Below, piece by piece: positions 54,461 through 63,838 of a stretch of DNA of 64,000 bases. Under the pieces are notes generated by a model, which worked only from the letters and a program-made list of their open reading frames with translations, ran no database searches and was not told the origin of the DNA. A program made the translations under genes and the position numbers. Positions within the stretch are counted from its first letter, which is position 1, and every line of letters begins with the position of its first letter. The stretch spans positions 78,902 through 142,901 of the forward strand of contig JACPUC010000026.1 of assembly GCA_016192455.1 (NCBI GenBank), written 5' to 3'. This DNA is from Candidatus Tectimicrobiota bacterium (GTDB lineage Bacteria; JACPUC01).

Positions 54461-57436
54461 ATGCTGGTCGAGGCCATCACCGGCTTGAGCCGCGGCGAGG
54501 TGTTGCGCGGGCAGCTCGTCCACCATGAGATTCTTCCCGCCTGCACGCCGCTGTACGGCGCGCCTGCGGCGCCGCTGTCGCCGCTCCTCGCCACGACGCT
54601 CCGCGGCGCCGGCATCGAGCAGCTCTACGTCCACCAGGCCGCCGCCCTCGACGCCGCGCGCGCCGGCCGCAACGTGCTCCTCACCACGCCGACGGGGAGC
54701 GGCAAGACGCTGGCTTTCAACCTGCCGATCATCGAGGCGCTGCTCCGCGCCGGAGCGCCTGCCGCGGCCGGCGCCGCTCCAGCCCACGCCCTCTACCTCT
54801 TTCCCCTGAAAGCCCTCGAGCAGGACCAACTGCAAGGGCTGCGGGGCCTCCTGGCGCTCCTGCCGCCGGGCGCTCGTCCCTTGCGGGCCGACATCTACGA
54901 CGGCGACACCCCTCCGGCGCGGCGTCGCAAGCTGCGCGACAGCCCGCCGGACATCCTCATCAGCAACCCCGACATGCTGCACCGCAGCCTGCTGGCCTAC
55001 CATGCTCAATGGGCGGAGTTCTTCCGCCGCCTGCGCTTCGTGGTCCTCGACGAGCTGCATACCTACAAGGGCATCTTCGGCTCGCATGTCGCCCAGGTGC
55101 TGCGGCGGCTGCGCCGGCTCTGCGCCTTCTACGGCGCGCGGCCGCAGTTCATCGCCTGCTCCGCCACCATCGCCAACGCTCGCGAGTTCGCCCTGCGCCT
55201 GAGCGGGCTTGAGTTCGACGTGGTGGCCCGCAATGGCGCCCCGCAGACCGCTCGCCACCTCCTCTTCGTCAACCCCGCCGGCAGCCCTTACACGCTCGCC
55301 GCCAACCTCTTCAAGGCGTGCCTCCGCGCCGGCCTGAAGACGATCGCCTTCACGAAGGCGCGCAAGATCACCGAGCTGCTGCACGCCTGGTGCGTCCAGG
55401 GCGACCCGGAGCTGGCGCAGACCATCAGCTCCTACCGCGCCGGTTTCCTGCCGGAGGAGCGCCGCCAGATCGAGGCGAAGCTCTTCTCTGGAGAGCTGCA
55501 CGGCGTCATCTCAACCAGCGCCCTGGAAATGGGGGTCGATATCGGCGGCCTGGACGCCTGCCTCCTGGTCGGCTATCCCGGCACGATCACCACCACCTGG
55601 CAGCGCGCCGGGCGCGTCGGCCGCGCCGACCGCCCCGCCGTCATCTTCCTCATCGCGCAAGCGGACGCCCTCGACCAGTATTTCATGCGCCATCCGCGCA
55701 ACTTCTTCGAGCGCGGCTACGAAAGCGCCACCCTCGATCCCGACAACCCCGAGGTGCTGGCGCCGCACCTCCTCTGCGCCGCCGCCGAGCTGCCGCTGCG
55801 CGCCGATGACGCGGTCTTCGCGCTGCCGCGGCACGCCCCCCTCCTGGCGGAGCTGGAGCGCTCCCACCAGCTCGTGCGCAGCGCCGCCGGCGACGAGTGG
55901 TACGCCGCCACCCGGCAGCCGCACCGGCAGACCGACATCCGCGCCATCGGGGAGTCGTTCACCATCTTCGGCCCCGGCGCCAGGGAGGTCGTCGGCACCA
56001 TCAGCGGCGGCCGCGTGCTGAGCGAGTGTCACGAGGGGGCGATCTACCTGCACCGCGCCCGCCAGCACCTCATCACCGACCTCGACCTGGAGCGGCGCAA
56101 CGTGCGCGGCAAACCGGTGGAGGTGAACTACTACACCCGCGCCCAGGGGGAAAAATCGACCTCCATCCTCAGCCGCGACGACTCCAAGCCGGTGGCCAAT
56201 TTCCTCGTCCGGCGGGGCCGCCTGCGCGTCACCTCGCAGATTCTCAGCTTCGAAAAGCGCCGCGTCTTCGGCGGCGATCTCCTCAGCACCCATCCCTTGA
56301 ACCTGCCCCCCGAATCCTTTGAGACGGTGGGACTATGGATTGAGATCGAGAATGTCATCAAGCATGCCGTGCAGGCGAGGCAGCTCCACTTCATGGGCGC
56401 TATCCACGCTGTCGAGCATGCCGCCATCGCCCTCCTGCCTCTCTTCGTCCTCTGCGAGCGGGATGACATGGGGGGCATCTCCTACGCCGAGCACCCCGAG
56501 GTGGGCAAGGCGGCGATCTTCCTCTACGACGGCTACCCCGGCGGCGTGGGACTTGCCGCCCATGCCTACACGCTCATCGAGGAGCTGCTGCGGGCAACCC
56601 TCGAGCTGCTGCGCGACTGCCCCTGCGAGGAGGGCTGCCCTTCCTGCGTCCACTCGCCGAAGTGCGGCTCCGGGAACAAACCCCTCGACAAGCCGGGCGC
56701 CATCTTCGTGCTGCGGGCCTTGCTGGGCGACCTCAGCCTCGCCGAGTTGGCGCAGGTGCAGGCCGAACGGGGGCAGGTCGGCATGGGGGCGCGGTACGCG
56801 CTGTCGTCGGGGCAGGCGGCAGCCGATCACCAGCCGGCGGCGGTGACCGCCTCGCGGAGGCAAGAGGAGCCGCGCATCGTCACATTCGATCTGGAGACCC
56901 AGCGCAGCGCCGAGGAGGTGGGCGGTTGGCAGAACAAGCACCTCATGCGCGTCTCCCTGGCGGTCGCCTACGACAGCAGCACCGGACTTTACACGACCTA
57001 CCGCGAGGAGGAGCTCGACAAGCTCGTCGCCCTGCTTGCCGAGGCCGATCTCGTGCTGGGATTCAATATCGCGCAGTTCGATTTCGTCGTCCTCGGCGCC
57101 TACACCCCCTTCGACCTGCGCTCCCTGCCGGTCCTCGATCTCCTCCAGGAGGTGCAGGAGCGCCTCGGTTTCAGGCTGAGCCTCAACCACCTGGCGGAGA
57201 AGACCCTCGGCGATGCGAAGACCGCCGAAGGGCTGCAGGCCATCACCTGGTTCCGCGACGGCGCCTGGGAGGAACTGGAGGCCTACTGCCGGCACGATGT
57301 GGAGCTGACGCACCGCCTCTTCCGCTTCGGCTTGGAGCAGGGCTACCTGCTCTATGAGACGAAAGCGGGCCACCTCGTCCGCCTACCCCTCGACTGGGAC
57401 CTGCGGGCTCGCTGCCGTCAGCAGGCGAAGGGCTGA
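54461..57436 (+). CDS. MrfA/YprA-like DEAD/DEAH helicase with DUF1998 Cys4 domain fused to C-terminal DEDD(h) 3'-5' exonuclease (MrfB-like)
   Basis: Helicase motifs TPTGSGKTLAF, DELH, SAT, VISTSALEMGVDIG, QRAGRVGR. DUF1998 Cys cluster DCPCEEGCPSCVHSPKCGSGN. C-terminal exonuclease motifs VTFDLETQR (Exo I), ...GFNIAQFDFVVL (Exo II), YCRHDVELTHRLF (Exo III, H-x4-D). Confidence 0.8.
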   Translation: MLVEAITGLSRGEVLRGQLVHHEILPACTPLYGAPAAPLSPLLATTLRGAGIEQLYVHQAAALDAARAGRNVLLTTPTGSGKTLAFNLPIIEALLRAGAPAAAGAAPAHALYLFPLKALEQDQLQGLRGLLALLPPGARPLRADIYDGDTPPARRRKLRDSPPDILISNPDMLHRSLLAYHAQWAEFFRRLRFVVLDELHTYKGIFGSHVAQVLRRLRRLCAFYGARPQFIACSATIANAREFALRLSGLEFDVVARNGAPQTARHLLFVNPAGSPYTLAANLFKACLRAGLKTIAFTKARKITELLHAWCVQGDPELAQTISSYRAGFLPEERRQIEAKLFSGELHGVISTSALEMGVDIGGLDACLLVGYPGTITTTWQRAGRVGRADRPAVIFLIAQADALDQYFMRHPRNFFERGYESATLDPDNPEVLAPHLLCAAAELPLRADDAVFALPRHAPLLAELERSHQLVRSAAGDEWYAATRQPHRQTDIRAIGESFTIFGPGAREVVGTISGGRVLSECHEGAIYLHRARQHLITDLDLERRNVRGKPVEVNYYTRAQGEKSTSILSRDDSKPVANFLVRRGRLRVTSQILSFEKRRVFGGDLLSTHPLNLPPESFETVGLWIEIENVIKHAVQARQLHFMGAIHAVEHAAIALLPLFVLCERDDMGGISYAEHPEVGKAAIFLYDGYPGGVGLAAHAYTLIEELLRATLELLRDCPCEEGCPSCVHSPKCGSGNKPLDKPGAIFVLRALLGDLSLAELAQVQAERGQVGMGARYALSSGQAAADHQPAAVTASRRQEEPRIVTFDLETQRSAEEVGGWQNKHLMRVSLAVAYDSSTGLYTTYREEELDKLVALLAEADLVLGFNIAQFDFVVLGAYTPFDLRSLPVLDLLQEVQERLGFRLSLNHLAEKTLGDAKTAEGLQAITWFRDGAWEELEAYCRHDVELTHRLFRFGLEQGYLLYETKAGHLVRLPLDWDLRARCRQQAKG

Positions 57437-57473
57437 CCCCGATCGCGGCGCGGACGCCGGCCCCGCGGGCTTG

Positions 57474-57501
57474 ACACCGAGGTTCCCCGCCGCTACATTA
57501 C
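57474..57501 (+). promoter_or_regulatory. sigma70-like promoter candidate TTGACA-N16-TACATT
   Basis: Seen directly upstream of yacG. Confidence 0.35.
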
Positions 57502-57532
57502 AGTCGCTCTTGGGTCGCGCCGGGGCAAGAGG

Positions 57533-57841
57533 TTGGTGGTGGCGCTCAAACGAGGAGGCGCCAACCGGAAGGCGGCTTCGGGAACGACATGCCCCGGGGG
57601 CGAGGGTCTTGTGGCGAAGGCTTCCACGACCAAGGAACGTCAGCGCCCCTGCCCGCAATGCGGCCAGCTCGCGGGCTGGGAAAACAATCCCTACCGGCCG
57701 TTCTGCTCGCAGCGCTGCAAACTCCTTGATCTTGGCGCCTGGATCGATGAGCGCTACGCGATCCCCAGCGAGGATGCGATCGCGGCCGAGGAGCGGGCTG
57801 ACCGCGCCTCCTCTCCAGAAGAGGGAACGAAGTCAGAGTAA
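57533..57841 (+). CDS. yacG: DNA gyrase inhibitor YacG (zinc-finger)
   Basis: RPCPQCGQLAGWENNPYRPFCSQRCKLLDLGAWIDERYAIP is the YacG signature. True start may be the internal GTG (~57611), giving a ~76-aa protein. Confidence 0.7.
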   Translation: MVVALKRGGANRKAASGTTCPGGEGLVAKASTTKERQRPCPQCGQLAGWENNPYRPFCSQRCKLLDLGAWIDERYAIPSEDAIAAEERADRASSPEEGTKSE

Positions 57842-57930
57842 CGCCGTCTTACCTCCTGGAGTGGCGAAGGCGCCTCACCCGGCGCTGGGTGGGTGGTGGC
57901 TTCTGATACGTGGTGGGGGGAAGACATCCC

Positions 57931-58653
57931 ATGGACCGTGCGATGCGGAACAGCACTGCAAGCCGAGCCTGGCGCGTCTGCCTGGTGGCGGGACTGATCA
58001 CCGTGCTCTGCCTCTTCGCGTCGCCGAGCTTCGCGGCCATCTATAGCTGGCTCGACCGTGGCGGAACCCGCTACTACACGAACGATCCGGACGAGGTCCC
58101 GGTGGAGCATCGGGCAGCGAACAAGCTCGAGGTCTACACCTGGACCGGTGTAGACGGCAAGCGCCAGTATACGCTGACCAAAGCCGAGGTGCCGCCGCGC
58201 TTCCGGCGCGAGGCCGGCATCACCATGCTCTACAAATGGGTCGATGAGAAGAAGGTCGTCCATTACGCCTTCGACCTCGACGATGTACCGCCACGCTGGC
58301 GGAACATGGCGACCAAGGAGACGGGTGAGGCGCTGATCAGCGCCAAGGTGGACACGCCGACGAAGGAGGAGTTGGCCTCGGCCAGCGCCAGGCCGCAAGC
58401 GGGCGCCGCGCAGAAGCAGCCGGCAGTCAATCCCTTCGTGGAAGCGCTGCAACGCGCCAAAGACCGTTCGGGTGCTCCCGGACCGGGAGCCGCAACCGGC
58501 AAGCCCCAGCCGGCCAACCCCTTTGTCGAAGCGCTGAAGCGAGCCAAGGAGAGGCGCCAGCAGGCCGCCCAAGAAACTCAAGGCCAGGAAGAGCAGCCGC
58601 AAGGCTCATCAAATCCCTTCCTCGACGCCATACGTCGCACGCGTGATCAATAG
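57931..58653 (+). CDS. DUF4124-domain periplasmic protein with three NPF(V/L)(E/D)A(L/I)xRA(K/R)(D/E) C-terminal repeats
   Basis: Signal peptide. Two DUF4124-like units (IYSWLDRGGTRYYTNDPDEVP; LYKWVDEKKVVHYAFDLDDVP). Confidence 0.55.
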   Translation: MDRAMRNSTASRAWRVCLVAGLITVLCLFASPSFAAIYSWLDRGGTRYYTNDPDEVPVEHRAANKLEVYTWTGVDGKRQYTLTKAEVPPRFRREAGITMLYKWVDEKKVVHYAFDLDDVPPRWRNMATKETGEALISAKVDTPTKEELASASARPQAGAAQKQPAVNPFVEALQRAKDRSGAPGPGAATGKPQPANPFVEALKRAKERRQQAAQETQGQEEQPQGSSNPFLDAIRRTRDQ

Positions 58654-58820
58654 GAGGCCGGAGAGGAGGGTCGGGGGATCCCCCTCCCCACGCGCATCCC
58701 GCCATCTCCTGGGCGGCACCGTCTACCTCGTTCGTGAACGTCGGCACCCGGAACCAAGGAGCAAGAGCGAAGGAATGTCGAGCGCGCCGTAACAGGGCTG
58801 AGAAGGAGCTGAGAGTCCTC

Positions 58821-59627
58821 ATGGCAGAGCAGGTTGTCGATGTTCGTAGCGTGCGCAGGCGCCTCGAGCGCTTCCAGGAAGATGCCAGCCGGTTTACCAC
58901 TGAGCAGGTGAGCGACCTGGAGAAGCAGATTCTCGCCTGCGAGCCGGAGGACTCGGTCGAGTTCCAAAAGCACCTCATGGGTGCGATCATCCGCGAGCAG
59001 CGGCGGACTATCCGGGATGGCATCGTTACCTTCTTGTTGGCGGGGATCGTTGCGATCCTGAGCCTCTTCTTGCTGGTCAAGATCGTCGCCATCGAGAGCC
59101 CCGTGCTCCTCGTCGCCCGCCTGCTCCATCAGCCCTTGGGGGATGTGGATGCCGCCTTCAGCCTGTTGATCCTGGCAATCCCTCCGCTCCTCCTTGGTCT
59201 CTTCTCCCTCTACCTGTTGCGCCGCATCATCGAGGCAACGCGCGAGATCAGCCTGGTGCGCCGCTTCCAGGCGGAGCACAGCGGCCCCCTCACCATCTCG
59301 GCGTACCGCGCCTATCGCCAGAATGCCCGCAGCTTCACCGTCGCCCTCAGGAACCGCGAGTACCGCTGGAAGTTCAGCTCCACGAAGCGCAAGGCCATCC
59401 AGAGCATCTCGGAGGTCGCCGGTATTGAGCGCGAGGACCTGGATCGGTTGCGCGCCGTGCAGGCGGCTTACTTCCTCTTCGAGAACCGTTACATCCAGAA
59501 TAGCGAGAGCCGCTTCATCAACGAGGTGCTGCCGGAGGAGTGCAAGGCGTTCCGCTACGATCGCAACGTGGAGAAGTTCCTGCGCAGCGAGCGGGTGCAG
59601 AACTACCTCTACGCGCCAGTTGAGTAA
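58821..59627 (+). CDS. hypothetical membrane protein (2 TM helices)
   Basis: Internal Met MAEQVVD with GAAGGAG RBS; TM segments IVTFLLAGIVAILSLFLLV and LLILAIPPLLLGLFSLYLL. Confidence 0.5.
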   Translation: MAEQVVDVRSVRRRLERFQEDASRFTTEQVSDLEKQILACEPEDSVEFQKHLMGAIIREQRRTIRDGIVTFLLAGIVAILSLFLLVKIVAIESPVLLVARLLHQPLGDVDAAFSLLILAIPPLLLGLFSLYLLRRIIEATREISLVRRFQAEHSGPLTISAYRAYRQNARSFTVALRNREYRWKFSSTKRKAIQSISEVAGIEREDLDRLRAVQAAYFLFENRYIQNSESRFINEVLPEECKAFRYDRNVEKFLRSERVQNYLYAPVE

Positions 59628-59801
59628 GCAAGGCGCCCGCGGCCCGGGGCCCGGTCAAAAGGGATCAGCGCGGCAGCGCTGTGGGGGGCGGGGCTGCGCG
59701 CAGCAGGGTCCTGCAGACGCGCGGCCGTCGCAAGCGACCTGGAGTGGCGCAGCCATCTTCCGCGCCACGCTGCTGGCGCGACGCGCGGCGGAGGAAGCCG
59801 C

Positions 59802-60407
59802 ATGGATGAACCACCTTTGCAGGCAACGCCCCAACAGCCTTCGGCCTCTCTTCCCGCGGCTGCCGGCGAGAGAGTGATTCTGGATCGGCAGCCGCATCCG
59901 ATCCTCATCGTTCCGTCACTTTCCCTCGTGGCCATTTTTCTCTTCACCGCCCTGGCTTCTGGCGAGTCGTTCATTCACCTCCTGGCGGGAATCGCCGCGT
60001 TGAGCGCCCTCTGGCACGGCCGCCGCCGGCGGCGCTGCCGCTTCCTCCTCACGGGGACGCGCTTCGTCGTCACCCTCTCCCGCGGCTGGAACCAGCAGGA
60101 CGAACGCGCTTTCCCCTGGAGCGGCCTTTACAAGGCGGAGTGCCACCAGAGCGTTCTGGGGCGCCTCCTTGGCTACGGAACCCTGCTCCTCATGACTGAT
60201 CGGGCGTTGCCTCCCCTGCGCCTGTCGTTCGTCCCCAAGGTTCGCGAGTACGAACGCGCCATCACCGAGCAGCTCCGGGCGCACGCGAAGCGCCGCGTGA
60301 ACGAGCTGCGCGAGCGCCTCGCCGAGGTTGGCTCGATCGTCGAGATCGAAGCGCGCGAGTTCGAGAAGCTCATGGAGGTGGAGCCGGCCACCCCCTCCCC
60401 TCAGTAG
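59802..60407 (+). CDS. bacterial PH-domain (bPH_2/DUF304, YdbT-like) membrane protein
   Basis: TM hairpin followed by CRFLLTGTRFVVTLSRGW... as in DUF304 proteins. Confidence 0.5.
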   Translation: MDEPPLQATPQQPSASLPAAAGERVILDRQPHPILIVPSLSLVAIFLFTALASGESFIHLLAGIAALSALWHGRRRRRCRFLLTGTRFVVTLSRGWNQQDERAFPWSGLYKAECHQSVLGRLLGYGTLLLMTDRALPPLRLSFVPKVREYERAITEQLRAHAKRRVNELRERLAEVGSIVEIEAREFEKLMEVEPATPSPQ

Positions 60408-61144
60408 CCTGCCGCCAGCCGCTCGGCCAGAAACGCCGGCAACCCTGCCGCCAGAATCTTCTCCGCCGCAGCAGCAACGTCGTAGGCCACCCGCCGCAGC
60501 TCCACCCTCCCCTCCACCGTGTCGTAAAGAGCGTAGGAAGCAGCCGGGTCGCCGTCGCGCGGCTGCCCGACGCTGCCGACATTGACGATAGCGCGGCGGT
60601 TGGGTGGCGCGCTCGGCTTCAGCTCCAGGACGCCTCCAGGCTCGGCGCGCACGCGGCGGCGATCCTCATCGAAGAGGAAGATACCAGGCACGTGGGAGTG
60701 GCCCAGGAAGCAGAGCGGCTCCACGAAGTGGGAGAAGTTGAAGGCGGCGGAACGGAGATCAAGGATGTAGTGCCAGGCGGTCGGCTGGTAGGGCGTGGCA
60801 TGCACGAGGAAGGCATCGCCGAGGCGCGCTGTTACGGGGAGACCGGCGAGGTAGGCCGCTTCGTCAGGCGCGAGCTGGGCGCGCGTCCACGCGGCGGCGG
60901 CGGCGGCGGCAGGGTTGAAGTAGGAGGTGTCGGTCTCCCCGATCGCCGCCCAGTCGTGGTTGCCGGCGATGACGACCTCGCAGTGGCGGCGCACCCAAGC
61001 GATCAGGGCCGCGGGGTCGGCGCCATACCCCACCACATCACCGAGGCAAACAAAGGCTTCGGCGCCGGCCTCCCGCGCATCGCCTACCGCCGCCTGCAAA
61101 GCTTCCAGGTTGCTGTGGAGGTCGGAGATTACCGCATAGCGCAT
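60401..61144 (-). CDS. metallophosphoesterase (calcineurin-like, YfcE/MJ0936 family)
   Basis: MRYAVISDLHSN, GDVVGYG, GNHD, GHSH motifs. Confidence 0.8.
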   Translation of the reverse strand: MRYAVISDLHSNLEALQAAVGDAREAGAEAFVCLGDVVGYGADPAALIAWVRRHCEVVIAGNHDWAAIGETDTSYFNPAAAAAAAWTRAQLAPDEAAYLAGLPVTARLGDAFLVHATPYQPTAWHYILDLRSAAFNFSHFVEPLCFLGHSHVPGIFLFDEDRRRVRAEPGGVLELKPSAPPNRRAIVNVGSVGQPRDGDPAASYALYDTVEGRVELRRVAYDVAAAAEKILAAGLPAFLAERLAAGY

Positions 61145-61239
61145 CGCCGCCTCGATGCGGCGCAGGGGCCACGGCGCGGCCTCCCGCCTCGCGGCATGCG
61201 CGCCCGAGGTCGCTGGGCCGCGCCCTCCTCGGCCGTCGC

Positions 61240-61860
61240 TTAGATCACGCCCCAGACTTTCAGCACGTGGTCACACGTCGCGACGATGCCGAAGTGGAGA
61301 TTGATGTTCAGAAGCGTCGCCTCGTGCTCTTCCTTCGTGGTGGTGCCGCAGCAATCCTCGACGAAGACGACATTGTAGTCGAGCATGTAGCCTTGCCGGG
61401 CTGTCGACTCGACGCAGACATTCGTCGCCACACCGGTGCAGAGGATGCTTTCCACCCCGATGCTGCGCAGGACGAGATCGAGGTCCGTATCCTGGAAAGC
61501 GCTGTAGCGGTGCTTAATCACCACGAAATCATCGACATCCGGTGAGACCTTGTAGTACTCGCAGCCCCAGGTGCCGACCTGGCAGATCGGCGGGCCGGCC
61601 ACGTTGCCCTTGCGGATGACCCACGACTTCGAGTTGGTCCACTTGCCGTGCTCGGTGCGGATGAAGATCACCGGCACCCCCGCCGCATGGGCGCCATCGA
61701 TGAGCTTCTGCAGGCGCGGGATCATATTCATCGACATGGTGGTGTCAAGCGCGCGTTTCCCGATGGCTCCTTCGGGATGGACGAAATCGTTCTGCACGTC
61801 GACGACGATGAGTGCCGCCTGCTTTGGATCAACCCGCTCTTTTAACAGCTCCTCGTGCAT
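61240..61860 (-). CDS. isochorismatase-family cysteine hydrolase (nicotinamidase-like)
   Basis: ALIVVDVQNDF, K...catalytic Cys context LCTGVATNVCVESTARQ. Confidence 0.8.
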   Translation of the reverse strand: MHEELLKERVDPKQAALIVVDVQNDFVHPEGAIGKRALDTTMSMNMIPRLQKLIDGAHAAGVPVIFIRTEHGKWTNSKSWVIRKGNVAGPPICQVGTWGCEYYKVSPDVDDFVVIKHRYSAFQDTDLDLVLRSIGVESILCTGVATNVCVESTARQGYMLDYNVVFVEDCCGTTTKEEHEATLLNINLHFGIVATCDHVLKVWGVI

Positions 61861-62072
61861 GCTGGTCTCCTCCCCTGGAGTACGCCGCGGCGCCAGGACG
61901 CCGACGCCGCTGCCACTGCTGTCGCATGGTACGGAAGGCCGCCGAGGTTGTCAACGCTGCCACGCGCCGACGACTCTCCCCTCACCTCCGCACCTTTGGC
62001 CGCCAGCGAGGGCCGTGCCAAGGCCCCGGGGCCATGCCGCGGGCAACAGCCTCGCCGCCTTTTCTGTGTCTG

Positions 62073-63686
62073 TTAGCCCCGACCGGCCGGACACGGCGGA
62101 GCCGCGGGCGGCAGCCCGGCGCCATAGCGGGCGCGCAGCTCCTGCTTCAGCACTTTCCCGGAAGGGTTGTACGGCAGCGCCTCAACAAAATCGACGCCGC
62201 GCGGCTTCTTGTAGTCGGCCAGGCGGTCAGCGCAGTAATTGATGAGGTCCTGCGGATCGGGCCGCCACGCCGGGGCCGGCACCACGACGGCCCATACCAC
62301 TTCGCCCCAGTAGTCGTCCGGCACCCCGATGACGGCGACGTCCTGGACGCCTGGGTGCCCCGCCAGCACCTTCTCGATCTCTGCCGGGTAGATGTTCACG
62401 CCGCCGCTCAGCAGCATGTCCTGGCTGCGGTCGACGACGTAGAGGTAGCCCGCCGCATCGAGGTAGCCGACATCACCCAAGGTGAAGTAGTCGCCGTGAA
62501 AGGCGGCGGCGGTCGTTTCGGGCTCGTTGTAGTAAGCATCGAGGAGCTGGAAGTTCTTCATATAGATGGCGCCCACCTCGCCGGGCGGCAGCTCGTTGCG
62601 GTCTTCGTCGAGAATCTTCAGGTCGTTGCCCGGCATGGGGCGCCCGCAGCAGCCCTCGCCGCGGAACTGCTCGTGGGGGTAGAGGATAGTGTTCATGCCG
62701 GTTTCGGTTGAACCATAGTATTCATGCAGGACGCCCTCGCCGAAGTGCTCGATGACGCGGCGCTTCAGCGCCAGGGGGCAGGGCGCCCCGCCGGTGAGCA
62801 GGAGCTTGAAGGAGTCGTTCCGGTAGCGGGCGCGCCTCTCCGCGGGCAGGCGAACGCAGGCGTTGAGGACGGTGGGCACGGTGGTGGTGGTGGTGACGCG
62901 GTAGGCGGCAATGAGGCGCAACATCTCCTCCGCGTCAAAGCGGGGCAGCGGCTGCAGGATCACCGTCCCCCCCAGGTAAAGGGTGTTGTTCGCCCAGGAC
63001 ATGGGGGCGCTGTGGTAGAGCGGGCAGTGGCAAAGGTGGCGCTCATCCCGCGTCAGGTTGAAGAGCTTGGCGGCATCGATGAACTTGCGCAGGGGGTAGG
63101 AGTTGCGGCGCAGCACCCCCTTCGGCAGCCCGGTGGTCCCCGAGGTGTAGATCATGGTGTTGCTGACGGGGGTGCGGATCGGCCAGTCGGGCTCGGCGTC
63201 GCTCGCCCCGCCGGTAAACTCGGCAAAGCTGCGCCCCGCGCCGCCCTCGCGCTCACTGACGTGCACGATCAGCCGCGGGTCGAGCTGCGGCAGGTGCGGC
63301 AGCGCGGCGCTCACCTGCTCATGGAAGGCGCTGCCGTAGACCAGCCCCCGCGCCTCGGCGTTGGACACCACGTAGGCGATCTCCCGCGCCTTCAGGCGGT
63401 AATTGACGAGGACGCTGAGGGCATTCAGCTTGCCCAGGCCATGGACGGTGATGAGGTATTCCGGGCAGTTCCCCAGGAGGAGCGCGACATGCTCGCCAGG
63501 TCGCAGGCCGGCGTCCCGGAAGGCATGCGCCACGCGGTTGAGCGCCCGGTTGAACTCCCGCCACGCGAGGGGGTGATCGCGGTAGATGATGGCCGGCTTG
63601 TCGGGGGTTCGCTCGGCGTTGCGGACCAGGCCGATCTCCTGCTCCTGGAGGAGAGCGGGGGAAGCGCCGTAGGAGAGACTGACCAT
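62073..63686 (-). CDS. AMP-binding acyl-CoA synthetase/ligase
   Basis: Internal Met MVSLSYGAS. MIYTSGTTGLPKGV (A3), YGSTETG (A5), GDVGYLD (A7), IYPAEIE, PSGKVLK (A10). Confidence 0.85.
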   Translation of the reverse strand: MVSLSYGASPALLQEQEIGLVRNAERTPDKPAIIYRDHPLAWREFNRALNRVAHAFRDAGLRPGEHVALLLGNCPEYLITVHGLGKLNALSVLVNYRLKAREIAYVVSNAEARGLVYGSAFHEQVSAALPHLPQLDPRLIVHVSEREGGAGRSFAEFTGGASDAEPDWPIRTPVSNTMIYTSGTTGLPKGVLRRNSYPLRKFIDAAKLFNLTRDERHLCHCPLYHSAPMSWANNTLYLGGTVILQPLPRFDAEEMLRLIAAYRVTTTTTVPTVLNACVRLPAERRARYRNDSFKLLLTGGAPCPLALKRRVIEHFGEGVLHEYYGSTETGMNTILYPHEQFRGEGCCGRPMPGNDLKILDEDRNELPPGEVGAIYMKNFQLLDAYYNEPETTAAAFHGDYFTLGDVGYLDAAGYLYVVDRSQDMLLSGGVNIYPAEIEKVLAGHPGVQDVAVIGVPDDYWGEVVWAVVVPAPAWRPDPQDLINYCADRLADYKKPRGVDFVEALPYNPSGKVLKQELRARYGAGLPPAAPPCPAGRG

Positions 63687-63792
63687 TGCCGCGCCGGAGT
63701 CAGAAGGTGAGAGAAGTGGGAGGCCCGGCGGCAGGGTGCTCTTCCTGCAGCCTCCGCCTTGTGTCGGCATGATACACAAGCGCCGACGAAAA

Positions 63793-63825
63793 AGGGAGGG
63801 CCTTCGCCCTCCCTGCCTCGCGATC
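63793..63825 (-). terminator. rho-independent terminator (GGGAGGGC-GAAG-GCCCTCCC stem-loop followed by a U-run on the minus strand)
   Basis: Seen between the partial upstream gene and the acyl-CoA synthetase promoter region. Confidence 0.5.
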
Positions 63826-63838
63826 GGTGTGTGGCGCG

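Noticed and set aside
54014-55501. 495-aa minus-strand ORF and 346-aa minus ORF 56333..57373
   Set aside because: Antisense to the MrfA-like helicase-exonuclease gene.
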